A DNA stretch of 64,000 nt from Okamejei kenojei (lineage: Eukaryota), in NCBI GenBank assembly GCA_035221665.1, contig CM069145.1:18166001-18230000 (forward strand), written 5' to 3'. How positions within the stretch are numbered: the stretch's first letter is position 1; every line of letters begins with the position of its first letter. The translations under genes and the position numbers were made by a program. Shown piece by piece: positions 26,460-39,186 of the stretch. The notes under the pieces were generated by a model. The model saw only the letters and a program-made list of their open reading frames with translations, made no database searches and had not been told where the DNA came from.

Positions 26460-27108
26460 TAATGTGCATGTGAATAGGCATATTTTAGGAGATGCCGCGG
26501 TTTACATTGGCATTGCCCTCTTGAAATTCCTTTGTGGCGGAGAGCGCTGACCGGTAACCCTGGGTCTTGCGGTCCGGCCAAGAGGAGGTGATGTGTTATA
26601 GTTATAGTTCTAGAGAAACATTGCTTCCGATCGATGTCGCTTATGCACTCCTCAGAAGAACTGGGTGCGCTCTTTACCATTATGGCTCCCAGCCTACAGG
26701 TTTCTGATCTGAACAACTAACTTCTTCCCTATTTCTCCTCCACCCACCCCCCCATTTTTCCCTATCCTCCTCGGCGCTCTTGTTCACTCACACCTTCCTT
26801 CCCTCCCTCCCTCTCGCAGGGCTTGGTTCAAAGGGGGCAACGAGCCCAGCGGGGCGCTGTCTGAACCCTTTCTAAAAACAAGCGCAAAGAGAAAAAAAAA
26901 GTAGTGTCAAGCACTCCTAACTTAGTTTAAAATAAGTAAATGCGACCTTGGCTAATAATTAAAAAAGAAAACCTTATACAAAACCAACACCCTACAAACT
27001 CTCTGTCTCTCACGCTGCCTGTTGTCTTGTGGGGGGTGTGTGTCGGAAAGAGGGGTGTGGGTGTGGAGGGGACCCGATGTGAATGTTACCACTATAGGAT
27101 GACGAGGT

Positions 27109-27249
27109 NNNNNNNNNNNNNNNNNNNNNNNNNNNNNNNNNNNNNNNNNNNNNNNNNNNNNNNNNNNNNNNNNNNNNNNNNNNNNNNNNNNNNNNNNNNN
27201 NNNNNNNNNNNNNNNNNNNNNNNNNNNNNNNNNNNNNNNNNNNNNNNNN
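27109..27249. other. Assembly gap
   Basis: Run of N. Confidence 1.
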
Positions 27250-27764
27250 GCAGCAAAGTTATATACAACGGGCTTGTACGCGGTGGCAAGAGAGGTTTCC
27301 TTTGTTCTCGTCCGGGGCTTGAGAGAGATCGGAGAGAATTAACCCTCCCTCGCACACCACTCCTAACCCAAGAACCTTGTCATCCCAGACAGATTAATGA
27401 CTCCCCCCCCCCTCCCCAACCTCCCCTCACCAAAGCACCAAAGCAGCTCAGGGGGCGAACCCTGAGCTCCGTCTCCCAACAATCTGATGTGAAAGAACAG
27501 TTATTAAAACATACCTTAATTCACGGTTGGCTCAAGAGTAACGGGAGAGGAACTTGGTAACTTGGGAGAGGAACTTGGAACATTGCAGAAATGACATACC
27601 CGTGGGAACTCGGTTAAACACTTGATCATAAACTTGAAATCTCGTACACAACCACGAGTCTGTTTTTTTTCGTTCACTTGGGATCACTCATGGGTAGACT
27701 CGCACCGTGAGACAGGCCCTTAAAACAAAATGAAATCTGATGACAAGTGTTCAACAAAATATTA

Positions 27765-29430
27765 ATTAGATTAGATTGGATTAGATTTTATTACTTGTCA
27801 TTCGAACCTCAGAGAGGCTCAAATGAAACTCCGTTTTTACAAGCCATACAAACAGAACAATTCATTAAAAAAACACACAAACAATTCAATTCACACAAAC
27901 ATCCATCACAGTGAATCTCCTCCTCACTGTGATGGAAGGCAAAGTTCTTCTCTCATGATTTCCGCACAATTTTTCTCCCGATGTCGAAGCCCCAGGCGGG
28001 CGATGTTAAGTCCCACGGCCATTGAGGCCGCGCCTGGCGATGTACGGCCCCGCTCTAGGCCCAAAGGTCACAAAGTTGGAGGCCCCGGCGGGCGCTGGAA
28101 TGTCCCACGGCCATTAAAGCCGTGCCGGGCGATGTACGGCCCCGCTCCGGGTCGTTCCAACACCACGACACGGGCGGGAGCTTGGAACTTGGAACTTGGA
28201 AAACTTTATTGTCATTCAGACCTTGCAGTCTGAACGAAATTTCGTTGCCTGCAGTCATACATATAGTAAATAACAAAAACACACAATAAACACATATTTA
28301 ACATCCACCACAGTGAGTTCACCAGACACCTCCTCACTGTGGTGGAAGACAAAAATCTTGTCTTTGTCTCTTCCCTTCTTCCTTTTCGCTGAGGCGACCC
28401 GGGCCTCCGATGTTGTGACCGCACCGGGTGATGTAAATAAGTCCCGCGGGTGAACCGCGCTCCGCAAGAGAGCCGGTTCAACTCTGCGGCCCAGGGTGGT
28501 CGAAGCTGCTTCCCTCCAATCCAGCGGACGCAGCTGTTGCCGCGGGAGCTCCGGAAAAGCAGGTCACCAACCTGTGACCTGCGAGCTCCCGATGATGTCG
28601 TCCACTGGGCCCGCGGCCGGGCCTCCGAAGTCGCTGCCGCCGCCACCGCCACCGGAAAGCCGCCGCAGCTCCGAGTCGGGCCGCCGGAACGCCTGAACCC
28701 GCCGCAGCCCCGAAGTCGGCCAGCCCCGCGCTGGTAAGTCCTGGCTGGCTCTACCTCTGGAGCCTCGGGTCGGTCGCAGTTAAAGTTGGAGGCCGCCAGC
28801 TCCGCGATAGGCCTCGGCGCAGATGGAGACGGAGACGGGGGATACGACAAGAAAAGTCGCGACCCCCAAAAAAGAAGAGACTAAGAACATTTCTCCCACC
28901 CCTCCCACACACATACACTACATAATAACTCAAACTAACGCTAAAAACAAGACAAGAAAGCAACAAATAAAAAGAAAAACAGACGGACTGCAGGCGAGCC
29001 ACTGCTGCCAGGGCAGCGCCGCCACTCCCTGGTATGTGGGAGAGTGGAGACCCACCACTCCGGAGAGCGGTCTCCCACCCGGACCCGCGAGCTCCCGATA
29101 TCCCGACAGTCCACAAGCAGTAATCTGCAACTGGAGCTGGAGCTCCGGAGTCGGGCCGCAGCAGCGAGCCACCACCGCCCCCACGCTCCGAGGCTGACCA
29201 GCCCCATGATGGTAAGTCCGGAGCTCCGCAGGCTCCGTGACAGGAGCCCCCAGGTCGTCACGGTCGGAGGCCGCTCCACGGTACTAGGCCCCAACGACAA
29301 CAGAGACCTGACAGGGAAAAAGACGGGTCTCCCGTACAAAAAAAACACGAACAACTACATTTAACTAGACAAAAAATAAAAAAAAGACAGGTTGTAGGGG
29401 CCGCTGCAACGTGAGTCACGCCGCCGAACA
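27765..29430 (-). mobile_element. Two nested non-coding LINE-dependent retroelements (inner about 28181-29030)
   Basis: Two 3' tails, (AATCT)n at about 27765 and (TTCCAAG)n at about 28181, and two GGCGGCG 5' ends at about 29025 and 29425. Homologous to 15380-16150. Confidence 0.7.
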
Positions 29431-29959
29431 GATTCTGTCCTCAATTCTGTCCTCTTTCCACTTAATTTTTTATAAGTTACTGATTTGACTCTCACTGGAA
29501 TATTTTGTCCAATTCTGTGCAACACAATTTACAAAGTCTGTGAAGACCATTGAGTAGCTATGGTAAACATTTATTAACACGATTTCAAAAATGAGGGTCT
29601 CCAATTCAATTAATAGATCAAAAAGGGATTGTTTAACTTAGCATGAAAAACACTAAGATTAATTTTCAAGTTCATGAAGAGAACAAAAAAGTAAATGCAG
29701 GTGACATCCGTGATATAGGAGGGGTTGTGTTCCTAAAAATATCTGCATCATGATTTTCTGCAAGACAAACACTTCTCCCATTGAATCACATGTTGTAAAT
29801 GGAGCTATGTTCCTATGGAATATTCTTCGCTTGTTATTTTATTGCTGTTAGTTAACAGCTGAGGCCAACATTGGAGTCGGGGATTGAACAATGCTCATGG
29901 ATTAGGAAAATGTTTAGGAAGTTGAAATATCAGGGAGATGGGATTCGAGGATCTGAGTT

Positions 29960-31880
29960 ATAGTCATAGAGTGGGGAAACATGCCCTCCAGCCAACATGC
30001 CTCTGCCCACCAACAAGACACCATCTACATTAGTCCCACCTGCCTTTGTTTGGTCCGTATCCCTCTATACCCTATCCTTTCTATGTACATGTTCTTAAAC
30101 ATTGTGGACGGGGGGCGCCGTCCAATTGGGTCGGGGGGCGCCGTCCAATTGGGTACGGCTGCCCAGCCTGCTGCTGTCTGTCTTTTAACTTCTTTCTTTT
30201 ATTTTTAGTGTGTAAAAAGTGTTTTGTTTGGAGTCTATTCTTTTGTATGTGGGTGGTGGGGGAAATGGGGAAAACTGCTTTTCCTGGTCCCTACCTGGTC
30301 GGAGAGGCAGCTTTACTCCGGGCTGCATCTTCGACCCGTCCTCGCGGCCTACCAGCGGGTCTGGAACGGCGTTTTCTGATGGGACCGGCCAGAACCACGG
30401 CTTCGCCAGCGGTGCAGCGCTGGAGCAGAGCGGAGGATGCCTTGCCTGGGTCTGGAACTCCGGTGAGCTGAAGACCGCCGACAAAAAACATCGCGGAGCT
30501 GCGGGACTGTGGAGCGGCCAGCTGCGGGTGGTGTCGCTGAACTTTACATCGGGAACCTCCATCCCAGTGGTGGAGCTCCATCCAGCGCGGCCTGTCGGCT
30601 TCCGAAGCCGCGGACTCCCGTAAGGAAGCGGCCGTGCCAGGTGTCCCAAGCTGCTGAGAAGGTTCTCCCGACGAGACCATCACCCGGCGAGAACAGCCTG
30701 GAACATCAGGCCCTGTAGCAGCGACTGCGGAGGCTTCAATAGGCCCGACTATGGGTGAACATGGGGATGCGAACTGGACTTTGTGCCTTCCCTCACAGTG
30801 GGAACCATTGTGGGGGGATGTTTTTATATTTATTGTTAAATTCTTTAATGTTGTATCTTATCTTTATCTGTGTGCTACATGGCAAGTCAAATTTCACTAC
30901 ATCAATTGGTGTATGTGATAATAAATGTCCTTTGTACCTTTGATAGTACCTGCCTCAACTACCTTCTCCGGCAGCTCATTCCATACATGCACCGTTCCGT
31001 TGAGTAAAAAAGTTGTCCCTCAAGTTCCTCACCTTTGCCCCCTCACCTTAAACCTATGTCCTCCAATTCTTGATTTCCCTACTCTGGATAAAAGACTGTG
31101 CATTTACCCTATCCGCTCCCCTCATGATCTTGTATGCCTCTATAGATCACCCCTCATCCTCCTGCACTCCAAGGTACACAGTTCTAGCCTGCTGAACACC
31201 TCCCTATAACTCAGGCCCTCGAGCCCTGGCCACATCCTTGTAAATCTTTTCTGCACCCTTTTCAGCTTAACAACACCTTTCCTACAACAGCGTCACCAAA
31301 AATGAACACAATGCTCACGTGTGGGCTCACCAGTGCATTGTACAACTGTGACATGATTTCCCAACTTCTATACTCAATACTCTAATTGATGAAGGTCAAT
31401 GTGCTGAAAGACTTCTTGACTATCCTATCTACTTGTGTCGTCACTTTCAAGGAACTATGTAACTGCACTCCTAGATTCCTCTGCTCTACCACACCTCCCA
31501 GAGCCCTGCCATTCACTGTGTAGGTCCTGGCCTGGATGGACTTCCCAAAATGCAACACCACGCACTTCTCTGTATTAAACTAAATTAACCATTCCTCAGC
31601 CAACTTGCCCAACTGATCAAGATCCTGCTGCAATTTTTGACACCTATCTACTTCATCTACAATATCACCCATTATAATGCCATCTGCAAACTTATTAATC
31701 GTGCCATGTACATTCTCATCCAAATCATTGATATAGACGACAAACAGCAATGGACACATCAACGAATCCTGAGGCCCACCGCTAGTCACAGGCCTCCAGT
31801 CCAAAAAACAATCTTCCACCATCACCCTCTACTTCCTTCCATAAAGCCAATTTTCTATTCAGTCAGCTAGCTCTCCTTGA
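29960..31880 (-). mobile_element. CR1 RT plus 3' end, internally deleted and interrupted by an insertion at about 30108-30940
   Basis: WRPVTSGGPQDS...YINDLDENVHGTINKFADG motif. The CR1 tail resumes on both sides of the insertion. Confidence 0.85.
30108..30940 (+). mobile_element. Non-coding LINE-dependent retroelement (diverged relative of 15380-16150)
   Basis: GC-rich head, T-rich tract, GCCTTCCCTCACAGTG block and AATTTC-hairpin-TGATAATAAA tail. Confidence 0.6.
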
Positions 31881-33534
31881 ATCGCATGCAATCTAACCGC
31901 CGTTCATGGGAGAAAGATATTGTAGTAGGGTTCAGGGGGGCAATGTGTTAAGAGTGCAGCAACTGAACGGAAGTAGAATAAAGACTGAAGGATTACTTGC
32001 AGATCAATGACAATGCCTCACAGATGAGGAAACGTCTGTTGACATGGACTGGAGAAGGCACGGCAAAGGAATAATTTAGGCATGACTTTCAACCCAATCA
32101 ACATTGTCCCACAGTATTGGGAAACTAAAAATAAAAACTGTCATTTGTTTTGTTTTTTGCATTTTGTATTTATTCCCCCAAACCACATAAATTCTGTAGG
32201 AATTGATTTTATTTTGAACCTCATATTTTTGGGTAGTGATATGTGAAGGCAAATTTCTGTTACCCAAACCGCCCGAACATGGGGTAAATAAGAAAAGTTT
32301 GGAAAGGTGCAGAATCACAGGGAAGAAATTAGTGTTCTGCAAACATTCCCATGTTTTAACATAAAATGAGGATGTACGATCGGCAAAACACAGCCTTAAA
32401 GGAGAGTAGAACAGCCTCAACCACCTCTCCATTTTGAAATGGCTCTTCCCCATCATGTTTTTCTGTACCTGAATACCTATTCTTCATGTTCCTTTTTGGT
32501 CCTGAACCCCTGTGCTTGAATGTGTTTCTTCCAGCACATTCCCCATTATTCTTTTTTATATTTACTTAAATTCCGATTTATAATTACCCCTTTTCATGAA
32601 ACTTCTATTAAGTTGTCTGGGAAAAATGCGAAGGCTCAAATTCAGTGAATCATACTTAAAACATTTTTAAACACATGTAATCAGGACGAATTTTGTGCTA
32701 GAACTAGCCAATGGACATTGGTGCTACCTCAGAGAGTTGACTGGTGTTTGTTTGGGGTTGCTGGGAGGAAGGTTTGTGTGCTTTTGCATATATAACCTCT
32801 CATGGTAGGGTTTAATCAGGGTAGGATGTTCACTCGTCTTCTTTCCTTGTAGATGCTGACTGACCCATTATTTATAAGGTTGTCGTTCTGTGCTCTATAT
32901 AGGCTGTGGGCCGAGCATCGAAAATGTCTCTAGAATTTAACGTTTGTGACCCATGTTTGGGAACTACTTGAAATTTTCCACACATTTAGATAAAATATAA
33001 TTGAGAGGGAAGTCATAACACATCAGTGCCAAAAGTTGCATATTAGTTAATTAAGCTAATTAGAAAATGAGATCGAAAAAGTAAGTGCCATCTAGTGTTC
33101 AATGCTCATACTACTCCATGGGGAGCCTAATTCCTGCTGCTGTCTATTCAAACCATATATTATTATACCATACATATATATACATAACGTGAATATGACT
33201 AATTATACATGATTATATATAATCATATTATATAAAAAATAATATAATTGTGAGTGTGTTTTGAATCAGATTGCCGCAAAGGTCCGGCTCCTGAACCCGC
33301 CTAACTAATGGGTGAGGGCAGTTCCTATGGGTTCCCCCATTTATTGAACCCCACTGACTGCCAGTGTGCAGAGTGGGTGTCATGGCCATAGTGGGACTGG
33401 GGCAGTGCCAGGCTGGGGGAAGGCTAAAGTATCTTCCACTGACAAGAAAATGCCTAACCCTAACTCGCCCCCCCATCCAGAGCTGCTCACGGCTGGAGCT
33501 GGAGCCGCTTTGGGACCGACTGCGGGCACCGTAC

Positions 33535-33650
33535 CTGTGGCCCCGCAGCGAGTCCACCCCGGCCAGCATGCCCTTCTGGATCATCGTGGTGGTGATGGTG
33601 GGGAGCAGCACCGCCCTGCACGCCGCCCGGGCCGCCTTCAGCACCGCCAT
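33535..33650 (-). other. Unidentified first-exon-like coding fragment in a CpG-rich repeat-like segment
   Basis: gctATGG start, 38 complete codons (MAVLKAARAACRAVLLPTITTTMIQKGMLAGVDSLRGH) all ending in G or C, then a CAG|gtacgg donor-like site. Confidence 0.4.
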
Positions 33651-33699
33651 AGCGCCAGCTCCGTCAGTCTGCCCACTCGTTCACTGCAACACCGGCCTA

Positions 33700-33990
33700 C
33701 CGTCAGCCCGACAGACCACTCGCAGCACCCACCGGTGGCCCGCCCAACCACTCGCAGCACTCACCGGCGGCCCGACCGACCACTCGCAGCACCCACCAGC
33801 AGCCCTGCGGCCCAACCGATCCTTCACAGCACTCACTGGCCTATCGATAGCCCAACCGATCCTTCACTGCATCCACCGGCCTACCAACAGCCCAACTGAC
33901 CCTTCACAGCATCCACCGGCCTAACGACTGACAGACTGATCGACTGACCGACTGACTTCTGACTGACTGACTTCTGACTGACTGACTGAC
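33700..33990. repeat. ~30-bp tandem repeats followed by (GACT)n
   Basis: Repeated CCACTCGCAGCAC(C/T)CACC and CCAACCGATCCTTCAC units, then a GACT array. Confidence 0.8.
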
Positions 33991-34533
33991 CCTAATCCTA
34001 GCTCGACATTTGTCATTTATCATTTTTATTTAACAGTTCACATCATAACTTTGCAAAGATAAATCAATTGGAAAACAAAATTATGAGCAAGGTTAGCATT
34101 ACCTTTATTCCTTGGAAACCTTGTTATTGTTTTGATGTAATTAGGAGGCAGCCATGATCCCAGTGTGCTCGCTGCCTAGCTACCATGAAATAAAGCACGT
34201 GATTGGTCAATTGGCGTCCGACCTCAATGTCAAACGAGCATTGATTGAACAATTACTACTCGGAAAATTTGAGGTTTTCTCATATTTTAAAAATATGTGC
34301 AGGTTTTTGTCTTGACGAGTTTCAGGTATGATTTCTATAATAGTTCTCCACAATATGTTAAGAATTCAGGTAGTTACGTGATTTGGGTCTCGAACGTAAA
34401 CAAAAACAGCCAAATACTTCCACCAGATACAATTTTTTTTTGCTTTTCCCAGAGTAGATTTGTAGGTTTAAATTGTAAACATACCAGCTTTCTAATCAGT
34501 CCCAGTCGTGAAGAGGGATGGACATGAAACATT

Positions 34534-37500
34534 AATAGTAAGATTAAACGTGAACTTACCAGTTTGAAGTTTGATCTTGATTTTATGAGGAGTTACGTTG
34601 GTGATTACATGAAGGAGGCCCGCCAGGACACCTGCGCAGCAAACTTCAAAGCAGCGGTATGAAATCACAAATAAACAACACCGAAGTAAACAGTAAGATC
34701 AGTGACTCCAGAACTACCAGATGATCTTTTATGAGAGAGGGTTGAGCGTGGTGGGCACGTAATCACCAACGTAACTCCTCATAAAATCAAGATCAAACTG
34801 GTAAGTTCTCGTTTAATCTTACTATTTTACTTCGGAGTCACGTGAGTGATTCTGTGAAGAGTTCAAAGTTTTGTGATTTCATGCCGCAGATTACAATCTC
34901 GGCATCCCACTGCATTTGATTGACTCGAAAGAGAAATAAATGCATTAGTAATAACATTGTATTCAATGTAATGATAGGGTTTATTTAACAATGTAAACAA
35001 ACAACAGTACCCCTAAAATGTAGGTACTTAAAATGACATTGGCAAACAGCCCTGGATTGACAATTGGCCGATGATACATTTCTGAAACATCAGCTCATTT
35101 GCCCATCCGACGGCCACTAAAATTTGGTCGAAGGACACCTACCTCCATTTGACCGCCAACATAGCTGCTGCCCTAGTATAATGAGATGTAAACACACTCT
35201 CTAAATGATATACTGACGTTGATGCTGACCTGGTGGAATGAGACATACAATCGTCAATGTTAATACCTGTTGCAGCCACCTTGAAATAGTCTGAACCGAC
35301 CTTTTCTTGTGTAATTGTTTATTAACGAATACACAGTGCTGAATCCATACTTCTAAGGATTCTGGTGGCCTTGATAACATAAAATTGAGACAGTGGGGTA
35401 TTCAAATGATCTTAAAACCATGCCTGCCCTGGTCAGCTCTGTTAGTGTAGACCAGAATGAATATGTAATGGCATGAACAGCCAATCCAATCCTGTCCAGC
35501 CACAGCGTTTGCAATGTTTTGCCGTCATGACTAAGGATATAGCTGGATGAAATAATGTTTACACATTTACAATAATCAACTGCATAATCTTGTGATGCGA
35601 GTACTTGTATCAAGATCTTTTTAACAGCTTGATTTCCGGGTTGGACCCGACAATGTAGTTCCCTTATGTTACAGCTGTAATTTCTCTATAACTGAACTAT
35701 TGTCAATATCACTTAAAATGAACTGGAAATGTCAGTAATTTGTATCGTATCAAATGTATCATAATATTTAACAACTTTTCTGATCCTCTCAATGGGGATG
35801 TACTGCTTTTTTGGATGCTATCCATACATACTGCACTAAACACCCTCATGGCTAAATGTGACAACATGAGGCATAAGTTAATCCATTGAAAATGTGTAAG
35901 TCAATAATCGTTTTACTGTGCAAAGTCCAGTCTCCTGAACCACAGTTTAAAACAGCAAGTTCTTGCTTTTTGGCATAACTAAATACCGCTGTGCCATAAT
36001 GCCCAATGAAGCAGGCAACATGGACACTTGGCCAGTCCGATAGTACAAATCCAAACGAGGTCTTGCTGACTGTTTTAAGACCCAGCTAATGAGGAAGACA
36101 TAAAGTCCATTCCTCCTAATGAATATATTTCTCCACACTGTTGTGTCACATATTTTTGCAAACAGTGAACATGTATAAACATGACAAACATTTGATAAAG
36201 TATTGAATCATGCTTTCATCATACTTTGAGATCCAACATTTATTCTGCGTTATCATCAATCTAAACTGGACGATACACCAGTGGCAAGGAGATCAATTAC
36301 AGGATATTCTTCCTAATTACCATGAGACAAACATATGTCACCATTGTAGAGTAGCAACTTAACTTTGTGCATGAAGAATATGTATATTCACTCAAAACCT
36401 TACTCAACGGTGCATTAAGTGTATATATTTAGTTGATACCAACTGAAGAATTGGTACTCATGCAATCTCCACTACCTTTGAGTAAGTGATGGTATTTGGA
36501 AATTCTCATCTTAGAGTTCGAATGTCAGTTCATAATAACTGAATTCAACCGACCACACTACTGTAGCGAGTTTCAAGTTCAATGAGTAAGGTCATGTTCA
36601 GCAATGCTGAATACTGTTCCTTCATCATTGTGGCTGAAGTAGCCTCAGCTGACAATAGCACAAGGTTGTTAGCAACAATCTAATTGCTACTTACACAATA
36701 TCAGTTCCTTGATTAGCTCAGCTGCAACCCAGCTGCCATATTGCCAATTACTTTAATCAGTTTTGTAACAGATTGCTATAACCCCAATCTCTTGCCATGA
36801 TAATAATTACAGGTAAATCCCAATGACCAACAAGTCTATCCCATACTGCAAAGCCCACTGTTATAGTACAGTTATATTGTCTTTGATAACCTTTGTAATG
36901 GGATTTGTATAACATGGATCTCTTACCTTATGAACCTGTTGAAGTCAGGAGTAAATGTTTTACATGCAGAAGTTCATATGCCAGATACTCATCATTCTTC
37001 ATAATAACATGCCAATCCTGCCTTTTGCATGGGTGATTGCATGAGAACTTCTGCCCAATTTCCAAACCCTGGCCATAATCCAACTTGGAATGCTCCGGCT
37101 GTGCCTCAACCAAATATTTTACCCCTTGTGTGTTGAACAAACAAATGTAAATATTACAACTTGTGAACGGTGCACTACCCAAATTCTGGAAGTGCTAGAC
37201 CCATTTAGTTGAGCATGATCGGAAGGTGCATAGAATTTCTGAGCTATCATGCTTCCCCCAGCTCCAGTGAACTGCTACTGCCGATGAGCACCTGGGGTGT
37301 GTTTCTGAACGATGACTTTTGACCGTTGATGGCCGAATTAATTCATCTGACAGGCTTCTTCCCCTGTAGAATAGATCTACCTGAATAACCGATTCAGCGG
37401 CTAGCTCTCACATCCCCCTGTTGGCGTTGTTCACTGCCGGCACATATGTACTTGAGTCTGTTCTATTGACATCTTAAGAACCCGGAGTCATCTTAATCTT

Positions 37501-39186
37501 TTGCTCTTCCCATCTAAGAAAGGTGATTCGTAGGCAACTCTAACAGGCGCTCCCGCAGGCCGTAAGACACAATCCTGCTATGAACCCATTGGCCTTACCC
37601 CAATAGAATATTTTACTGGGATGGCAACTTAATTGTCAGGAAAGATACCTCTGACACGTGCCCTTCATCCATTTGGGTATGCCCCACGGCCATACCCGGA
37701 GACTCAGTGTCAGCCGGATACTGACCCATCTTGGTCTCTGCCTCCGAGAGGGAGACTTTTGCAGCACTGTATACAACAGTTGCTGTATAAGGATAGTCGT
37801 TTCAACGCACTATCCTGCCATGGTGAGGAATTCATCCCCCGACTCCGTGGGCCTTGCTCTCTAACCCCGGTGGAGAATCATCTCCCGACTCCGTGGGCGA
37901 GCAGATATGTGTGAATTTGAGCAACCCTCTGCCAGGCGTTGCTGGCGCCGCCTTTCATAAAGGCCGGTGCTTTTGTCATGAACAGCCCGGCATCAGGCGC
38001 TGTTGGCACGGCTCTCCCGTAGGCCGGCACTTCACACATGAAGCAGCCCTGTCAGGCGTTGCTGATATGGCTCTCCCATAGGCCGGTAATGTCACAAATG
38101 AAGCAGCACTGAATCAGGCGCTGCTGGCACGGCTCTCCCGTAGGCCGGCACTTTCATATATGAAGCAGCCCTGTACGGCGCTGCTGGCATGGCCTGTCCC
38201 ATAGACCCACACATTTAACACATGAAGCAGCCCTGTCCGGCGCTGCTGGCGCGGCCTGTCCCATAGGCCCGCACATTTTGCACATGAAGCAGCCCTGTCA
38301 GGCGCTGCTTACACAATATGGCCCGCGCTATTGCTGTGTAAGCTCACTAAATCAACATTTAGTGTACAGCTTTATCTGTGAAAATATAAATCATAGCAAC
38401 CTGTGCTAAACAATAATAACATTGTCAGAACAATATCATATAACAATAACTTTTTACTTTGCCTTTAGTTTTTTACTTAAAGAAAAAACACTATAAAATA
38501 CATACTTTTAATTATAAGGAGAATCCTTATATACCAACTCACCTGAGGGCTGAATGAGTCCCAGTAATTTTTTGACTGGGGACCAACGTCTGTGAGCCAC
38601 TGACCCACTGTCAGTGGCTCCAGCGTTGCTTCTTTGGCGTTCTAACGGCATCCCACAGGCTTGGAGCCTCAGTTTAATATTCCTTGCCGTTCCCACGGCA
38701 TCCCTGCAGGTTGCGGAGCCTCTGACCCCTCTGTCAGCGACTCAGTTTAATATTCTTTGCCGTTCCCACGGCATCCCTGCAGGTTGCTGAGCCGCTGACC
38801 CTGTCAGCGACTCTGCTATAATTTCTTGCCGTTTTTATGGCATCCCTGCAGCTGGGGTACCGCTAACTGCACTGTTAGCGGCTCCTTATCTCGCAACCCG
38901 ATCAATGTTGCCGTTTTTTCCGCATTTGCGGTCGGACTGAAATTTCACCGCAGTCCACAACCGGCAAGTTGTCGGGCTGCATAACTTGCAGTAAACCTCT
39001 GTAAAAAGAGGCTCCTGCCTAAAACCCCTGGTAAGTAAAAATAAACTTACCTTAAAGTTTAACTTACCACAGGCAGGAGTTCAGTCCTGCCTGACTGGTG
39101 CTTGCACCAATGCGGCTGACGTAATGCTGCGCAGGCGTCCTGGCGGGCCTTCTTCACGGAATCACTCACGTGGCTCCGAAGTAAAA
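34534..39186 (-). mobile_element. DIRS1-type tyrosine-recombinase retrotransposon with decayed ORFs and intact termini
   Basis: ITRs at about 34601-34641 and 39125-39164. ICR 34759-34860, whose halves are reverse complements of 34534-34608 and 39151-39186. YR remnant SHYTRAAA...FDQILVAVGW and SHSTRSA at about 35100-35245. Confidence 0.9.
37930..38310. repeat. ~60-bp tandem array inside the DIRS element
   Basis: About 6 units of ATGAAGCAGCCCTGTCAGGCGCTGCTGGCACGGCTCTCCCGTAGGCCGGCAC. Confidence 0.9.

Larger units (their letters stand above)
24635..27720. mobile_element. Non-autonomous PIF/Harbinger-type element, copy 1 (contains an N gap)
   Basis: TIR CCTGTCTCACGGTGCGAGT...CCCACGAGTGACCCC versus GGGATCACTCATGGG...ACTCGCACCGTGAGACAGG. 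TAA target duplication at 24632-24634 and 27721-27723. Confidence 0.85.

Noticed and set aside
26940-27560. 206-aa ORF (and the ORFs around 42.9-43.2 kb)
   Set aside because: They read through assembly N gaps.
15614-30718. Many 100-210 aa ORFs at about 15.6-16.2, 27.8-29.4 and 30.0-30.7 kb
   Set aside because: GC-rich non-coding retroelements; frames are not conserved between homologous copies.
33084-33098. CTCF-like motif GTGCCATCTAGTG
   Set aside because: A single imperfect short match cannot be supported without binding data.
37930-38310. Regularly spaced repeats that could suggest a CRISPR array
   Set aside because: Whole ~60-bp units repeat with no unique spacers; this is eukaryotic DNA inside a DIRS element.
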